A DNA stretch of 30,682 nucleotides from Candidatus Thorarchaeota archaeon (GTDB lineage: Archaea; Asgardarchaeota; Thorarchaeia; Thorarchaeales; Thorarchaeaceae), in NCBI GenBank assembly GCA_048884785.1, contig JBHLQM010000040.1, forward strand, positions 1 to 30,682, in the 5' to 3' direction. The notes under the pieces are model-generated. The model had not been told where the DNA came from. It saw only the letters and a program-made list of their open reading frames with translations, and searched no databases. The position numbers and the translations under genes were made by a program. Below are positions 18,337 through 27,270 of the stretch, piece by piece; the first letter of the stretch is position 1, and the number at the start of each line of letters is the position of its first letter.

Positions 18337-20520
18337 TCATTTAATATAGCCCAGAATACTCGAGATGAGCTCTTGAGATGCGTTCCGTAAGTTCAATATG
18401 CGTTTGGCATCAGCTCTGGATAGATCATAAAGCTCGAAGATACTGGCTTCCAACTCAGGATGGTTAGAATGCCCCTCCAAGAATGCATCTCTCGCAAGTT
18501 TCACAATGCCCTGCATATTTACATTATGTCCATTGCAAAAGGTATCAACGATAGGTAGCATACCTAACTCTCGATTTGAAACATGGTTGTTTGTGTTTGA
18601 AATAGAAAATCGCCAATTTAGCAACTCTGAATTTAGCACTCCAGCCAGATAATCAAGCATATCTTCAGGTTTACCGCTAGAAATGCAAATGTAGTTGCAT
18701 GAATTTGCCAAAACAGATCCCTTTTCAGCCTTGGCAAACTTGAGCCTCCAGCGCTGGCTCCTATTTGATACCTGCTGGCATATGATGCGCCTTTGTGAAA
18801 TGTGTTTCATTCTGTTTGAATCCGGACGGGATTCCATGAAAGCTCCTAAATCTACGAATTGCTGTTTCTTTCCGCCTTTCCCGAAGTCAAGGGAGTATCT
18901 GCGAATGTTCAGCCCCCGTATTAGCGGATGTGCAGAAGGAGAACCACTTAGGAATTTCTTATCCAAAGTCAAATCCAACTCTCCACGATGGTTGTGGATG
19001 AGATCATATGACGACAGTGGAGGGTGCTTGTGCAGTTTTCCCAGTATCCGCCAATCCTGTGATGCAATCTCTGGTATAACATACGTATCCCCAAAAATGC
19101 TTCTTATTTGCTGGGAAGTCATTCTGTAGCTGCTCTTCGTTGCCGCAGTCTGCAATGAAGGCATATTGGGACGAAAGAGAATCTCCTCGGTCGATCCGTG
19201 TTTGACAACAATGGCGATGCATACGGACTGAGTTACGCCGGGAAAGAGCTGAGCTGCTTCGGAGAAACTATCAATGCTTTCGAGGGAGTTTTGGCTAATC
19301 AAATGACGTCTAAGGCTTTTCGATGAGAAATCGCCGAGAAGTGTCGATGGAACAATGAATCCGATACGCCCGCCTTCTTTTGCCAATTGAAGAGAGCGTT
19401 CAATGAACAATTGATATGTATTGATGGAATTCGAGGCACTATATTCAAACTCACCTGAATGCTTGAAGTAATCGATTTCTTCAGACATCAGAGTTCTATA
19501 CGATTCATATTCCTTCATATCAATATTCGATAGTCCTGTCCTAAGCATAGATCGCACGAATTCAGCGAGATTTGGCTTTAGACGCTCATAGGGAGGATTG
19601 AAGAGTATGAAATCAAATCCTCCGTTATTCAGTATATCATTGAATGCATCACTCCACTCGAAAACTGCTCTTGTATGGTGGGATGTGAAGAATCCGGAAT
19701 GGTCCTTATCTCCTGTAAGCCCCTTCAGACTGATTATGGAATTACCGCTTTGGAAATTATTGAAATTGGCTGTCGGCTTTCTTTTTCTCATTAATGAAAA
19801 ACATACTCTCGCAATCTCCAAAGCAGCGATGTCTAGATCCACTCCATGCATATTGCGAGACATGAGATTCAGTATACTCTCATGTGTGCTTTCATTCTTT
19901 GATGATAGTCCCGGTAATACATTTGCAAGAAATGAGTATACAACATCCAAAGCTGATAGAAGAAAGATACCAGGACCACAGCAGGGGTCTAAGAATTGCA
20001 GTTCACCTAGTTTTTTCAAGAGAGTTTCTACATCATCCTGAGAAGAAGACACAATCTCTGTAAGGCGTGGAATCAGAGTCTTCTTTGAAATAAAGCGCGC
20101 AATATTTGATGGTGTGTAGAATGCGCCAGTCATTTTTTTCGTAGAATTGCCTTTAGGTGAAAAAACATGGGACCCAATACTATGCACCGAACCTAGTAAG
20201 TCGGCAAGCTCCAGAATGGTTTTGTTTCGTATTACTCTACTATCATATTTGAATCTGAGTCGCGGGATAAGCCCCATCGCGATGTTTCTGACGGTCTCCT
20301 CTTCCACAGAATTTCTGAAACCAGTCGGAGATAATTGTCTGAAAGTCAGATCTTCGGTTGCATTTTGGGAAGTCCCTGTCCATTCCCTTATTATACGCTC
20401 TAGAGATAAAATTCGAATTACTTCAGACCGAACTGAGCGGGACCAATCTGCAGAAGAATGCTCAACTTGGCTTTCGACGTCTTTTAGAATAGCTAAAGCC
20501 TGGTTAGCAAACATCTGCAA
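18337..20520 (-). CDS. N6-adenine DNA methyltransferase (gamma class, Alw26I/Eco31I/Esp3I-like)
   Basis: GAFYTP (X), LDPCCGPGIFL (I), GVDLD (II), FDFILFNPPYERLKP (IV), YQLFIERS, GFIVP, and C-terminal LNSELLNWRF...TNNHVS. Confidence 0.9.
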   Translation of the reverse strand: MQMFANQALAILKDVESQVEHSSADWSRSVRSEVIRILSLERIIREWTGTSQNATEDLTFRQLSPTGFRNSVEEETVRNIAMGLIPRLRFKYDSRVIRNKTILELADLLGSVHSIGSHVFSPKGNSTKKMTGAFYTPSNIARFISKKTLIPRLTEIVSSSQDDVETLLKKLGELQFLDPCCGPGIFLLSALDVVYSFLANVLPGLSSKNESTHESILNLMSRNMHGVDLDIAALEIARVCFSLMRKRKPTANFNNFQSGNSIISLKGLTGDKDHSGFFTSHHTRAVFEWSDAFNDILNNGGFDFILFNPPYERLKPNLAEFVRSMLRTGLSNIDMKEYESYRTLMSEEIDYFKHSGEFEYSASNSINTYQLFIERSLQLAKEGGRIGFIVPSTLLGDFSSKSLRRHLISQNSLESIDSFSEAAQLFPGVTQSVCIAIVVKHGSTEEILFRPNMPSLQTAATKSSYRMTSQQIRSIFGDTYVIPEIASQDWRILGKLHKHPPLSSYDLIHNHRGELDLTLDKKFLSGSPSAHPLIRGLNIRRYSLDFGKGGKKQQFVDLGAFMESRPDSNRMKHISQRRIICQQVSNRSQRWRLKFAKAEKGSVLANSCNYICISSGKPEDMLDYLAGVLNSELLNWRFSISNTNNHVSNRELGMLPIVDTFCNGHNVNMQGIVKLARDAFLEGHSNHPELEASIFELYDLSRADAKRILNLRNASQELISSILGYIK

Positions 20521-20757
20521 GAATATACCTCATTTCCTAATGGGAAGACACAGGGAAAAGCATTACTGATGAGATTGGTTCTGATATGAGTATCACATAT
20601 GATATCCAACCACCTACAACTGCAGACACAGCGGTCGGATGGCTCCTACTAATTCGAGGTAGGACTCCCAGTGATGTAGCAAAAGCATTTAACTATATTT
20701 AAGTTGAGTGGTGCTTCTCTTGCCTCGGATAGCGCCAAAACAAAGGGCGCCTGACAA

Positions 20758-21408
20758 TCAACCTTGATGCATTCTGTACCTTCTAACTTGTGGTTCGGCT
20801 AGTCGCAAACTCAGCATTAGCAATTCCGGCCCACGGGATCTAATGAGCTTTCCAAGACACTCCAATGCAAGAGGCAATTCCCGTCTTACATATTCAAAAA
20901 GACTTCTTTCCGATTCACTGAGAGCTGCAACCATATTTTCTATATGCTGATGGACAATTGCCCGCCGCTGCACTCCTGATTCCGCAAGAATGCATCTTTC
21001 CAACTCCTGCAGAATCTCCTCACTGACAACCTTCGATTCTGAAATGACCTTTGATGTTACTCTTGTTGCCCCATGTTTTAGATCTTCTTGCTGCGCTCTA
21101 AGGCTGCCTACAACAAGTCGCATCTCGTCAAGTGGAACTCTAGGCTGTACCTCCATTTCATCAACGTCACTAACTAGCTGTCTTCTATAGGCTCTCTTGC
21201 CATGAAGGTTTGTTGCCAGGAGAAAACCTTTGCTTTCCATATCGTAGAGATGCTTACGAAATTCCTCACGTGTTGTGAGCGAATGTCTGGCCGATATATG
21301 AAGAAATCTCTGAAACATTGTTTCCTCTAGCGCAATAACGCCCCAACCAAATGTTCGCATGATATCTAGCTCAATAGGATTAGGACGCCCGTCGCGTTCA
21401 GGCATCAT
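20758..21408 (-). CDS. Hypothetical protein with N-terminal winged-helix-like domain (paralogue A)
   Basis: 216 aa; EEFRKHLYDMESKGFL...LHGKRAY helix-wing pattern; clearly similar to 21544-22194. Confidence 0.8.
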   Translation of the reverse strand: MMPERDGRPNPIELDIMRTFGWGVIALEETMFQRFLHISARHSLTTREEFRKHLYDMESKGFLLATNLHGKRAYRRQLVSDVDEMEVQPRVPLDEMRLVVGSLRAQQEDLKHGATRVTSKVISESKVVSEEILQELERCILAESGVQRRAIVHQHIENMVAALSESERSLFEYVRRELPLALECLGKLIRSRGPELLMLSLRLAEPQVRRYRMHQG

Positions 21409-21477
21409 GATACCCCTCTACTATATTATTTAGTTATATGTATAGAAACTTAATAAAATTAGTTAGGAAACGATTTT

Positions 21478-21519
21478 TTGGTAGAATTGCCTGAATACAT
21501 CACTCAGATATTCTACCAA
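21478..21519. repeat. Intergenic hairpin between the two wH paralogues
   Basis: TTGGTAGAAT (21478-21487) pairs with ATTCTACCAA (21510-21519), with an inner CTGA/TCAG pair. Confidence 0.55.
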
Positions 21520-21543
21520 TGCAGATTCTAAAACAGGGGAAAA

Positions 21544-22194
21544 TCATTTGTATTTTCGAACTTGTGCTTCGGCCATTCGGAGGCTCAGCAGAAGATAATC
21601 AGGGCCTTTGTAATGTAGAATGCTCTGGACACGATGAAGAATCTGTGGAGTTTCTTTTCGTATATATCGAATTAGATCCTCCTCCGATTTGTTCAAAGCT
21701 ATTCGCATATTTTCGATATGCCTAGCGGCAGCTATTTTGTCAATCTTGCCAGCCTTTGTCTGTCTTGCCAATAATTCCTCAATTCCCTTAATGATTTCCT
21801 CACCTGTTGCTTCGGACTGGGTAATGAGCTCTGATGTGACCTTTGTCGGAAAATCAGGTTCTTCCTTCTGCTTGACTCTGCGGCTCGCAAGCGCTAGTTT
21901 CATCTCCTCGTTGGGATTTCTAGGAGCTGTGATCTCTTGTACTCGTTTATCAATAAGCAGTTTCTTGAAAGCCCTTTTTCCATGAAGGTCTACTGATGCC
22001 AAAAAGCCCTTTGACTCCATTCTACGAAGAATTTTCCTGAAATCATCAATTGTGGTGAGAGAATGTGACATTGAGAGATGAGTATATCTTTCGAAGAGAA
22101 TAGATTCCAATTCAACAATCGCCCAAGCAAATGACCTAATTACATCTAGCTCTGTCGGATTTGGTATTTCGACTCTCGTGTCACGGACCTGCAT
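21544..22194 (-). CDS. Hypothetical protein with N-terminal winged-helix-like domain (paralogue B)
   Basis: 216 aa; shares NPxELD, HSLTT, MESKGFL, LHGKRA, HIENM and LSLRxAExQVR with 20758-21408. Confidence 0.8.
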   Translation of the reverse strand: MQVRDTRVEIPNPTELDVIRSFAWAIVELESILFERYTHLSMSHSLTTIDDFRKILRRMESKGFLASVDLHGKRAFKKLLIDKRVQEITAPRNPNEEMKLALASRRVKQKEEPDFPTKVTSELITQSEATGEEIIKGIEELLARQTKAGKIDKIAAARHIENMRIALNKSEEDLIRYIRKETPQILHRVQSILHYKGPDYLLLSLRMAEAQVRKYK

Positions 22195-22313
22195 AGAACC
22201 ACCAGCAAAATCAATTTGGTTAAGTGATTAGCGAGAAATCTAATAAAGTAAGAGATGTGTTCCTAGTGCGCCGACACCCTTCGAAAGAGGGAAAAACACT
22301 TTTTCCACAATTC

Positions 22314-22733
22314 TCATTCTTTATCCAAAACAAGTATCTTCGGTAGTTTCAACAACATCCCCATGTTTCGACCTGTCGTTCCTCCCTTGTAGCGAAGTTT
22401 CCTCTTACCGAACCTGTTCTTCCCAGTCATCATTTTCACAGTGGAATATTCGCCATTTGTGAAGTACAGCAAATCCTCAGGGTCAGAGATGAGTTCTAGA
22501 TCAAATTCGCTCAGCTTCCCTTTGCCCAGAGAAAAACTGCCGCCTTCAGCTACAAGGTTCACCCATAGGATGAAGTCTTCTTCAACATGTAAACCCAAAT
22601 TAATCTTGGCTTCAAATTCATCGAGAATCTTTGCATTCTCGGGATTCTTCCGCTTGTCAGCGATTACATCCATAATTACAGCTTTGAATGTATTGAATAG
22701 GATTTCTTGTGCTGCATCATCCAACATAATCAC
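22314..22733 (-). CDS. Divergent SCP2-like lipid-binding domain protein
   Basis: 139 aa with an SCP2-like pattern (WVNLVAEGGSFSLGKG, DLELISDPEDLLYFTNGE, KLRYKG); 10 nt downstream of a clearer SCP2 gene. Confidence 0.6.
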   Translation of the reverse strand: MIMLDDAAQEILFNTFKAVIMDVIADKRKNPENAKILDEFEAKINLGLHVEEDFILWVNLVAEGGSFSLGKGKLSEFDLELISDPEDLLYFTNGEYSTVKMMTGKNRFGKRKLRYKGGTTGRNMGMLLKLPKILVLDKE

Positions 22734-22743
22734 CTTAATGGAC

Positions 22744-23193
22744 TCAGTAGAATTCAGTTTCTATCAGGGTAGCAGTTCTAACAAGTTCCTTGGCCGCGTC
22801 CGTTGCTTTGAGGACTTTTGCCATGTCACCTTGTATTTTTGCCTGACCACTAAGAAGCCCTCTTATAGGATCTAGCTCACCTTTCAGGATTTTCACCCAT
22901 GAGTCATAGCTAGCCTCGTAAGTATATTCAACGGGAATCTTGTCGGGACTGCTCGCATTTTTTCCAGGTGCCACAACTTCGTATTCATTCGGACCCTGGA
23001 GGGCTTTCACACCAGTACATTTGCCGTGTTTCAATCCTATATACGCCATAACATCGTTGTTCAAGTTGCCGCTTGCTTTGACAATGAAGATGAAATCCCC
23101 AGTCCACCAAGATGCCGCCTTGGCGTAGGCTTCATTCTTGTTCAACTCATCCATATAGATGTCTAACCATTCTTGAGACATGAATTCTGGCAT
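22744..23193 (-). CDS. SCP2 sterol/fatty-acyl carrier domain protein
   Basis: FMSQEWL...LNKNEAY and ASYDSWVKILKGELDPIRGLLSGQAKIQGD; SD-like GAGGT upstream. Confidence 0.85.
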   Translation of the reverse strand: MPEFMSQEWLDIYMDELNKNEAYAKAASWWTGDFIFIVKASGNLNNDVMAYIGLKHGKCTGVKALQGPNEYEVVAPGKNASSPDKIPVEYTYEASYDSWVKILKGELDPIRGLLSGQAKIQGDMAKVLKATDAAKELVRTATLIETEFY

Positions 23194-23222
23194 TGCAATT
23201 TACCTCATATTGCACACCGACT

Positions 23223-23516
23223 TTAAACGGTTTGGTTTCCTCCTGATACAAGTGGGAATATTGCTATTTCATCCCCATCCTTTAGAATTGTCTCCATGCC
23301 GTCCAAGAATTTTATCTCTCTGCCATTCTTCAAGATAGTGATATCAGACTTGATCTCGTGCTTTTCATCGAGTAGGGCGTTTCTTATGGCCAAATCTTGG
23401 CACAGTTCCTTCAGGAGATTGGCAATTTTCGCAGTATCACCTAGGTTCAGCTCCACCAGCATTCTTCCTCCAATCTGGTCACGGAGGTTTGCGTAGAATT
23501 TAACAAGTATTTTCAT
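23223..23516 (-). CDS. MoaD/ThiS/SAMP ubiquitin-like sulfur carrier with a 4-aa extension after GG
   Basis: MKILVKFYANLRD...ILKNGREI...LKDGDEIAIFPLVSGG followed by NQTV-stop. Confidence 0.92.
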   Translation of the reverse strand: MKILVKFYANLRDQIGGRMLVELNLGDTAKIANLLKELCQDLAIRNALLDEKHEIKSDITILKNGREIKFLDGMETILKDGDEIAIFPLVSGGNQTV

Positions 23517-23535
23517 CGGAGCTCATCGCAAAGCC

Positions 23536-23582
23536 AATCAGACATCAGCCTTATAAAACCGTACAGATACTGAGTCCTGATT
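23536..23582. promoter_or_regulatory. Compact divergent promoter with a central TATA-like box and a flanking imperfect inverted repeat
   Basis: TTATAAAA at 23551-23558 in an 81-bp gap; AATCAGacaTCAG (23536-23548) and CTGAgtcCTGATT (23570-23582). Confidence 0.45.
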
Positions 23583-23597
23583 AGAGGCGTTCACCAA

Positions 23598-26500
23598 ATG
23601 TATGGTTACATGGGAAGAATCCTGAGAATAAATCTAACGACAGGTACTATCACTGAAGAATTCCCGGATGAAGAAACGCTTAGAAAGTACCTTGGAGGCT
23701 CAGGGCTCGCAACCAAAATTCTATTTGAAGAAACCCAGGCAGGAATCGATCCCCTAGGGCCGGAGAATAAGCTCATCTTCATGACAGGTCCATTGACAGG
23801 AACACATTCACCCAGTACAGGACGATATAGCGTGGTAACGAAGTCACCACTTACAAATGGCTGGGGTCACGCAAACTCTGCAGGTTTCTGGGGAAGGGAT
23901 TTCAAACGGTCAGGGTTCGATGGTGTAATTTTCGAGGGTATATCACCTAAACCTGTTTACCTACTTACTGAAGATGGGAATGCGGAGCTAATTGATGCCA
24001 GCGAGATTTGGGGCAAGAACACATCTGAAACAACAAGAATTCTGAAAGAGAAACATGGTGCCAAATTCAATGTTGCATGTATTGGAATTGCAGGCGAAAA
24101 CCTAGTCAAGTATGCCGCAATAATGAATGACTGCGACGAAGAAAATTGGGGACGTGCGGCAGGACGTTGCGGTGTGGGAGCTGTCATGGGATCAAAGAAC
24201 CTCAAGGCGATTGCATCAAAGGGGACCATGACAATCCCGATTGCTAATCCAGATGTGTACAGAACAGAGGCTAAACAGCGATTCGACTGGGTGAATCAGA
24301 GTATTTTGAAAATGACACTTGAGGTCTATGGAACTGCCACTATGGTGGACCTAGTCAATGTCAAGGGAGGTATTCCAACTCGAAATTGGCAGACAGGTGT
24401 ATTTGAGAATGCAGAGAAGATAAACGGCACTGCGATCAACGAAAACATACTTGTTGAACGAAAACCTTGTTTTGCCTGTCCCATCCATTGTGGGAGGATT
24501 GCGGAAATAAAGGCGGGTCCATTCAAGAGTAAAGGAGAGGGACCAGAGTATGAAACAATTAGCTCCTTTGGAACCATGTGTGGCGTGGACAACCTCGAGG
24601 CAATAACGCGCGCCCACTTTCTTTGCAATGAATATGGGATAGATACTATCTCTGCAGGAAGTACAGTAGCCTTTGCAATGGAATGCTATCAGAGAGGAAT
24701 CTTGAAAGCCGAAGATGTAGATGGATTAGATTTCACATTTGGAAACGCGCAGCTAATAGTTGACATTGTTGAGAAGATTGCCAGGCGCGAAGGTCTAGGC
24801 GACTTACTGGCTGAAGGCACAAAAAGGATGTCAGAGAAGATTGGACAGGGTTCCGAGAGGTTTGCCATGCACGTAAAAGGACTCGAGCTTCCGGGATATG
24901 ATAGCCGTGCAGCGAAAGTGACTGGGCTGGCATATGCAGTTGCTAATCGCGGTGGAGATCATATCACAGCATTTATCGAGGGACCTGCATTTCTTGCCAT
25001 GCCTTTCATGATTGTGGAGGATGCTGATGTTGGAGATCCTCTGAAGGAGATTCCTGAAACTGCATTGGTTGTGAAGAATTTTGAAGATTCTCTAGGTAAT
25101 TTTGATGCCATCGGCGGTTGCAAGTTCATGGGGATGGTTTTGACCGCAGATGATTGGGCTGGACTAATGTCTAGCCTAATGGGAATAGAGATGACCGCAG
25201 ATGAGTTCCGCAAGACAGGGGAACGAATTTTCAATCTTGAACGTGCGTATATATTGAGGGAGGGATTCACACATGCCGATGATACTTTGCCGCCTCGATT
25301 GCTGGAAGACCCACTTCCAGAGGGTCCCGCAGAGGGTCAGGTAGTGAATCTCGACATTCTCCTCGAAGCATATTACAAGTATCGCGGATGGGATGAATAC
25401 GGAAGACCAACTATTGAGAAACTAAAGGAGCTCGGCCTAGAGTGGCTGATTGATACAGTCCATGGAAGACCAAGCCCAATACAGGAAATTGTCAAACTGA
25501 AGACTCAACAGATATCTGATTCAATCAGCAAGACAATGACCATTGCAGAGACGAAAGAACCTCTTGGTGACAGACCATGGCTAAACAGCTACCAGATTGG
25601 TCCGTTTAAGCTCAAGCACTCTATGGCTCCTTACCCAGAAGTGAACATCTACAAATTCCTCGAGGATACTGCGAAGGAATTTCCTGACGTTGTCGCATGT
25701 GTGTATGCAGATGAAGAAATGACGTATCCAGAATTGAAAGACAAAGTGGATCGATTGGCTTCAGCTTTTGTTGCTTTAGGGGTCAAGAAATGTGATGCAA
25801 TTGCATCTGTGCTTCCATCCTGTCCAGAATTTATCATCACAGATTATGCTGCGATGAAAATAGGAGCAGTCCATGTGCCTCTTAGCATTTTACACAAAGC
25901 CGGCGACCTACAATATGAGCTCAATGAGAGCAAAGCCGAGCTCGTAGTTTGCTCATATAGGCGCCTGGAAAGAGTGAACGAGGTCAAATCCAACACACGG
26001 GTGAAGACAGTAATTTATGTCCCCACCAAACTGTATCCAGATTATGATTATCCCGAGATGGAAAGTATAGAGGATGAAAACTATCACCTTATGAGCGACC
26101 TGATTGGGAAATATGAACCTCATAAAGAGAGAATTGAAATCAATCCAAAGGAAGATATCGCTCTACTCCCCTTCACTGGAGGAACGACAGGGCTTCCAAA
26201 GGGAACAATGCTTACCCATCACAATGTGACATCAAACGTGCGGCAATCTATCCATTGGATGATGGAACCGCTAAAGGAAGGTATCATTGGAAAAAGTGCA
26301 GCCGTGATATGCGTTCCAATATTCCATGCATATGGTCACTGGGCGGTTCACGCATGTATCTCATGGGGTATCAAGATGCACCTTATGGATTCACGTGACA
26401 TCACTAAAATCGTTGATGTCATAAACAAGCATCGCCCATTCATTGTGTTTGCCGTTCCAACACACTACACCTTCTTTTCGCAAATGGACCTTATTAAATC

Positions 26501-27242
26501 TCAGATATTCTATTTCTCAGGAGCTGCGGCATTGCCAGCAGATCTTGCCGAAGAATTTGAAAAGAAGTCAGGAGTGCCCATGGGAGAGGGCTATGGAGCA
26601 ACAGAAACATCCGGTGTTGCGACAATAAACATCTCAGCGCTTTCGAAAGTAACAGGATTCATGGCAGAGATAAAGAGAGGCGTAGGGATTCCAATCCCTG
26701 ACACTGAGGTCAAGATTGTTGACCCAGATACAGGTGAAGAACTGCCTATTAGCGAACGCGGGGAAATCTGGCTTCGCGGAAGACAGATCATGAAAGGCTA
26801 TTGGCCAGACCCTGGAAGTGGATTGAAGGATGGCGGTTGGTTGCCTATGGGAGATATTGTTGAAATGGATATTGATGGCTACTTCAAAGTCGTTGACAGA
26901 ATTAAGGATATGATCAATGTCTCCGGAAACAAGGTGTACAGCAGGGTCATAGATGATATTCTACATGAGCACAAGGCCGTTGAGATTGCGGGAGTCATAG
27001 GTATTCCTGACCCGGAGAGACCGGGCAGTGAGAGGGTGAAGGCATTTGTCCAACTGAAGCCTGAGTTCAGAGGAAAGGTCTCAGAACAGGATATTATAGA
27101 CTTCCTGAAAGGAAAAGTCAAACCGTATGCAGTTCCAAAGTGGGTAGAATTTAGAGATGAATTGCCCCTGACAATTGTAATGAAGTTATTCAAGAAAAAG
27201 CTCAGAGAAGAGGAACTTGCGAAAGTGCAGCAGAATTCCTGA
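23598..27242 (+). CDS. Fusion of tungsten aldehyde:ferredoxin oxidoreductase (aa ~1-617) and long-chain acyl-CoA synthetase (aa ~659-1214)
   Basis: AOR motifs: GYMGRILRINLT, TKSPLT, RAAGRCGVGAVMGSKNLKAI, CFACPIHC, GPEYET, RGGDH, GGCKF. ACS motifs: RPWLNSY, LPFTGGTTGLPKG, GEGYGATE, MGD, DRIKDMI. One uninterrupted frame. Confidence 0.93.
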   Translation: MYGYMGRILRINLTTGTITEEFPDEETLRKYLGGSGLATKILFEETQAGIDPLGPENKLIFMTGPLTGTHSPSTGRYSVVTKSPLTNGWGHANSAGFWGRDFKRSGFDGVIFEGISPKPVYLLTEDGNAELIDASEIWGKNTSETTRILKEKHGAKFNVACIGIAGENLVKYAAIMNDCDEENWGRAAGRCGVGAVMGSKNLKAIASKGTMTIPIANPDVYRTEAKQRFDWVNQSILKMTLEVYGTATMVDLVNVKGGIPTRNWQTGVFENAEKINGTAINENILVERKPCFACPIHCGRIAEIKAGPFKSKGEGPEYETISSFGTMCGVDNLEAITRAHFLCNEYGIDTISAGSTVAFAMECYQRGILKAEDVDGLDFTFGNAQLIVDIVEKIARREGLGDLLAEGTKRMSEKIGQGSERFAMHVKGLELPGYDSRAAKVTGLAYAVANRGGDHITAFIEGPAFLAMPFMIVEDADVGDPLKEIPETALVVKNFEDSLGNFDAIGGCKFMGMVLTADDWAGLMSSLMGIEMTADEFRKTGERIFNLERAYILREGFTHADDTLPPRLLEDPLPEGPAEGQVVNLDILLEAYYKYRGWDEYGRPTIEKLKELGLEWLIDTVHGRPSPIQEIVKLKTQQISDSISKTMTIAETKEPLGDRPWLNSYQIGPFKLKHSMAPYPEVNIYKFLEDTAKEFPDVVACVYADEEMTYPELKDKVDRLASAFVALGVKKCDAIASVLPSCPEFIITDYAAMKIGAVHVPLSILHKAGDLQYELNESKAELVVCSYRRLERVNEVKSNTRVKTVIYVPTKLYPDYDYPEMESIEDENYHLMSDLIGKYEPHKERIEINPKEDIALLPFTGGTTGLPKGTMLTHHNVTSNVRQSIHWMMEPLKEGIIGKSAAVICVPIFHAYGHWAVHACISWGIKMHLMDSRDITKIVDVINKHRPFIVFAVPTHYTFFSQMDLIKSQIFYFSGAAALPADLAEEFEKKSGVPMGEGYGATETSGVATINISALSKVTGFMAEIKRGVGIPIPDTEVKIVDPDTGEELPISERGEIWLRGRQIMKGYWPDPGSGLKDGGWLPMGDIVEMDIDGYFKVVDRIKDMINVSGNKVYSRVIDDILHEHKAVEIAGVIGIPDPERPGSERVKAFVQLKPEFRGKVSEQDIIDFLKGKVKPYAVPKWVEFRDELPLTIVMKLFKKKLREEELAKVQQNS

Positions 27243-27270
27243 AATTGAATTGCGGCTTAATTCAATTCAT

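Noticed and set aside
20134-21492. Near-identical 19-mer TTTTTT(C/G)GTAGAATTGCCT at 20134-20152 and 21474-21492
   Set aside because: One copy lies inside an intact MTase CDS, a third of the match is a T-run, and nothing mobile lies between the copies. Chance is plausible.
20758-22194. The 216-aa paralogues as the missing restriction endonuclease subunits
   Set aside because: No PD-(D/E)xK, HNH or GIY-YIG pattern is shared by both copies; they look helical/wH-like.
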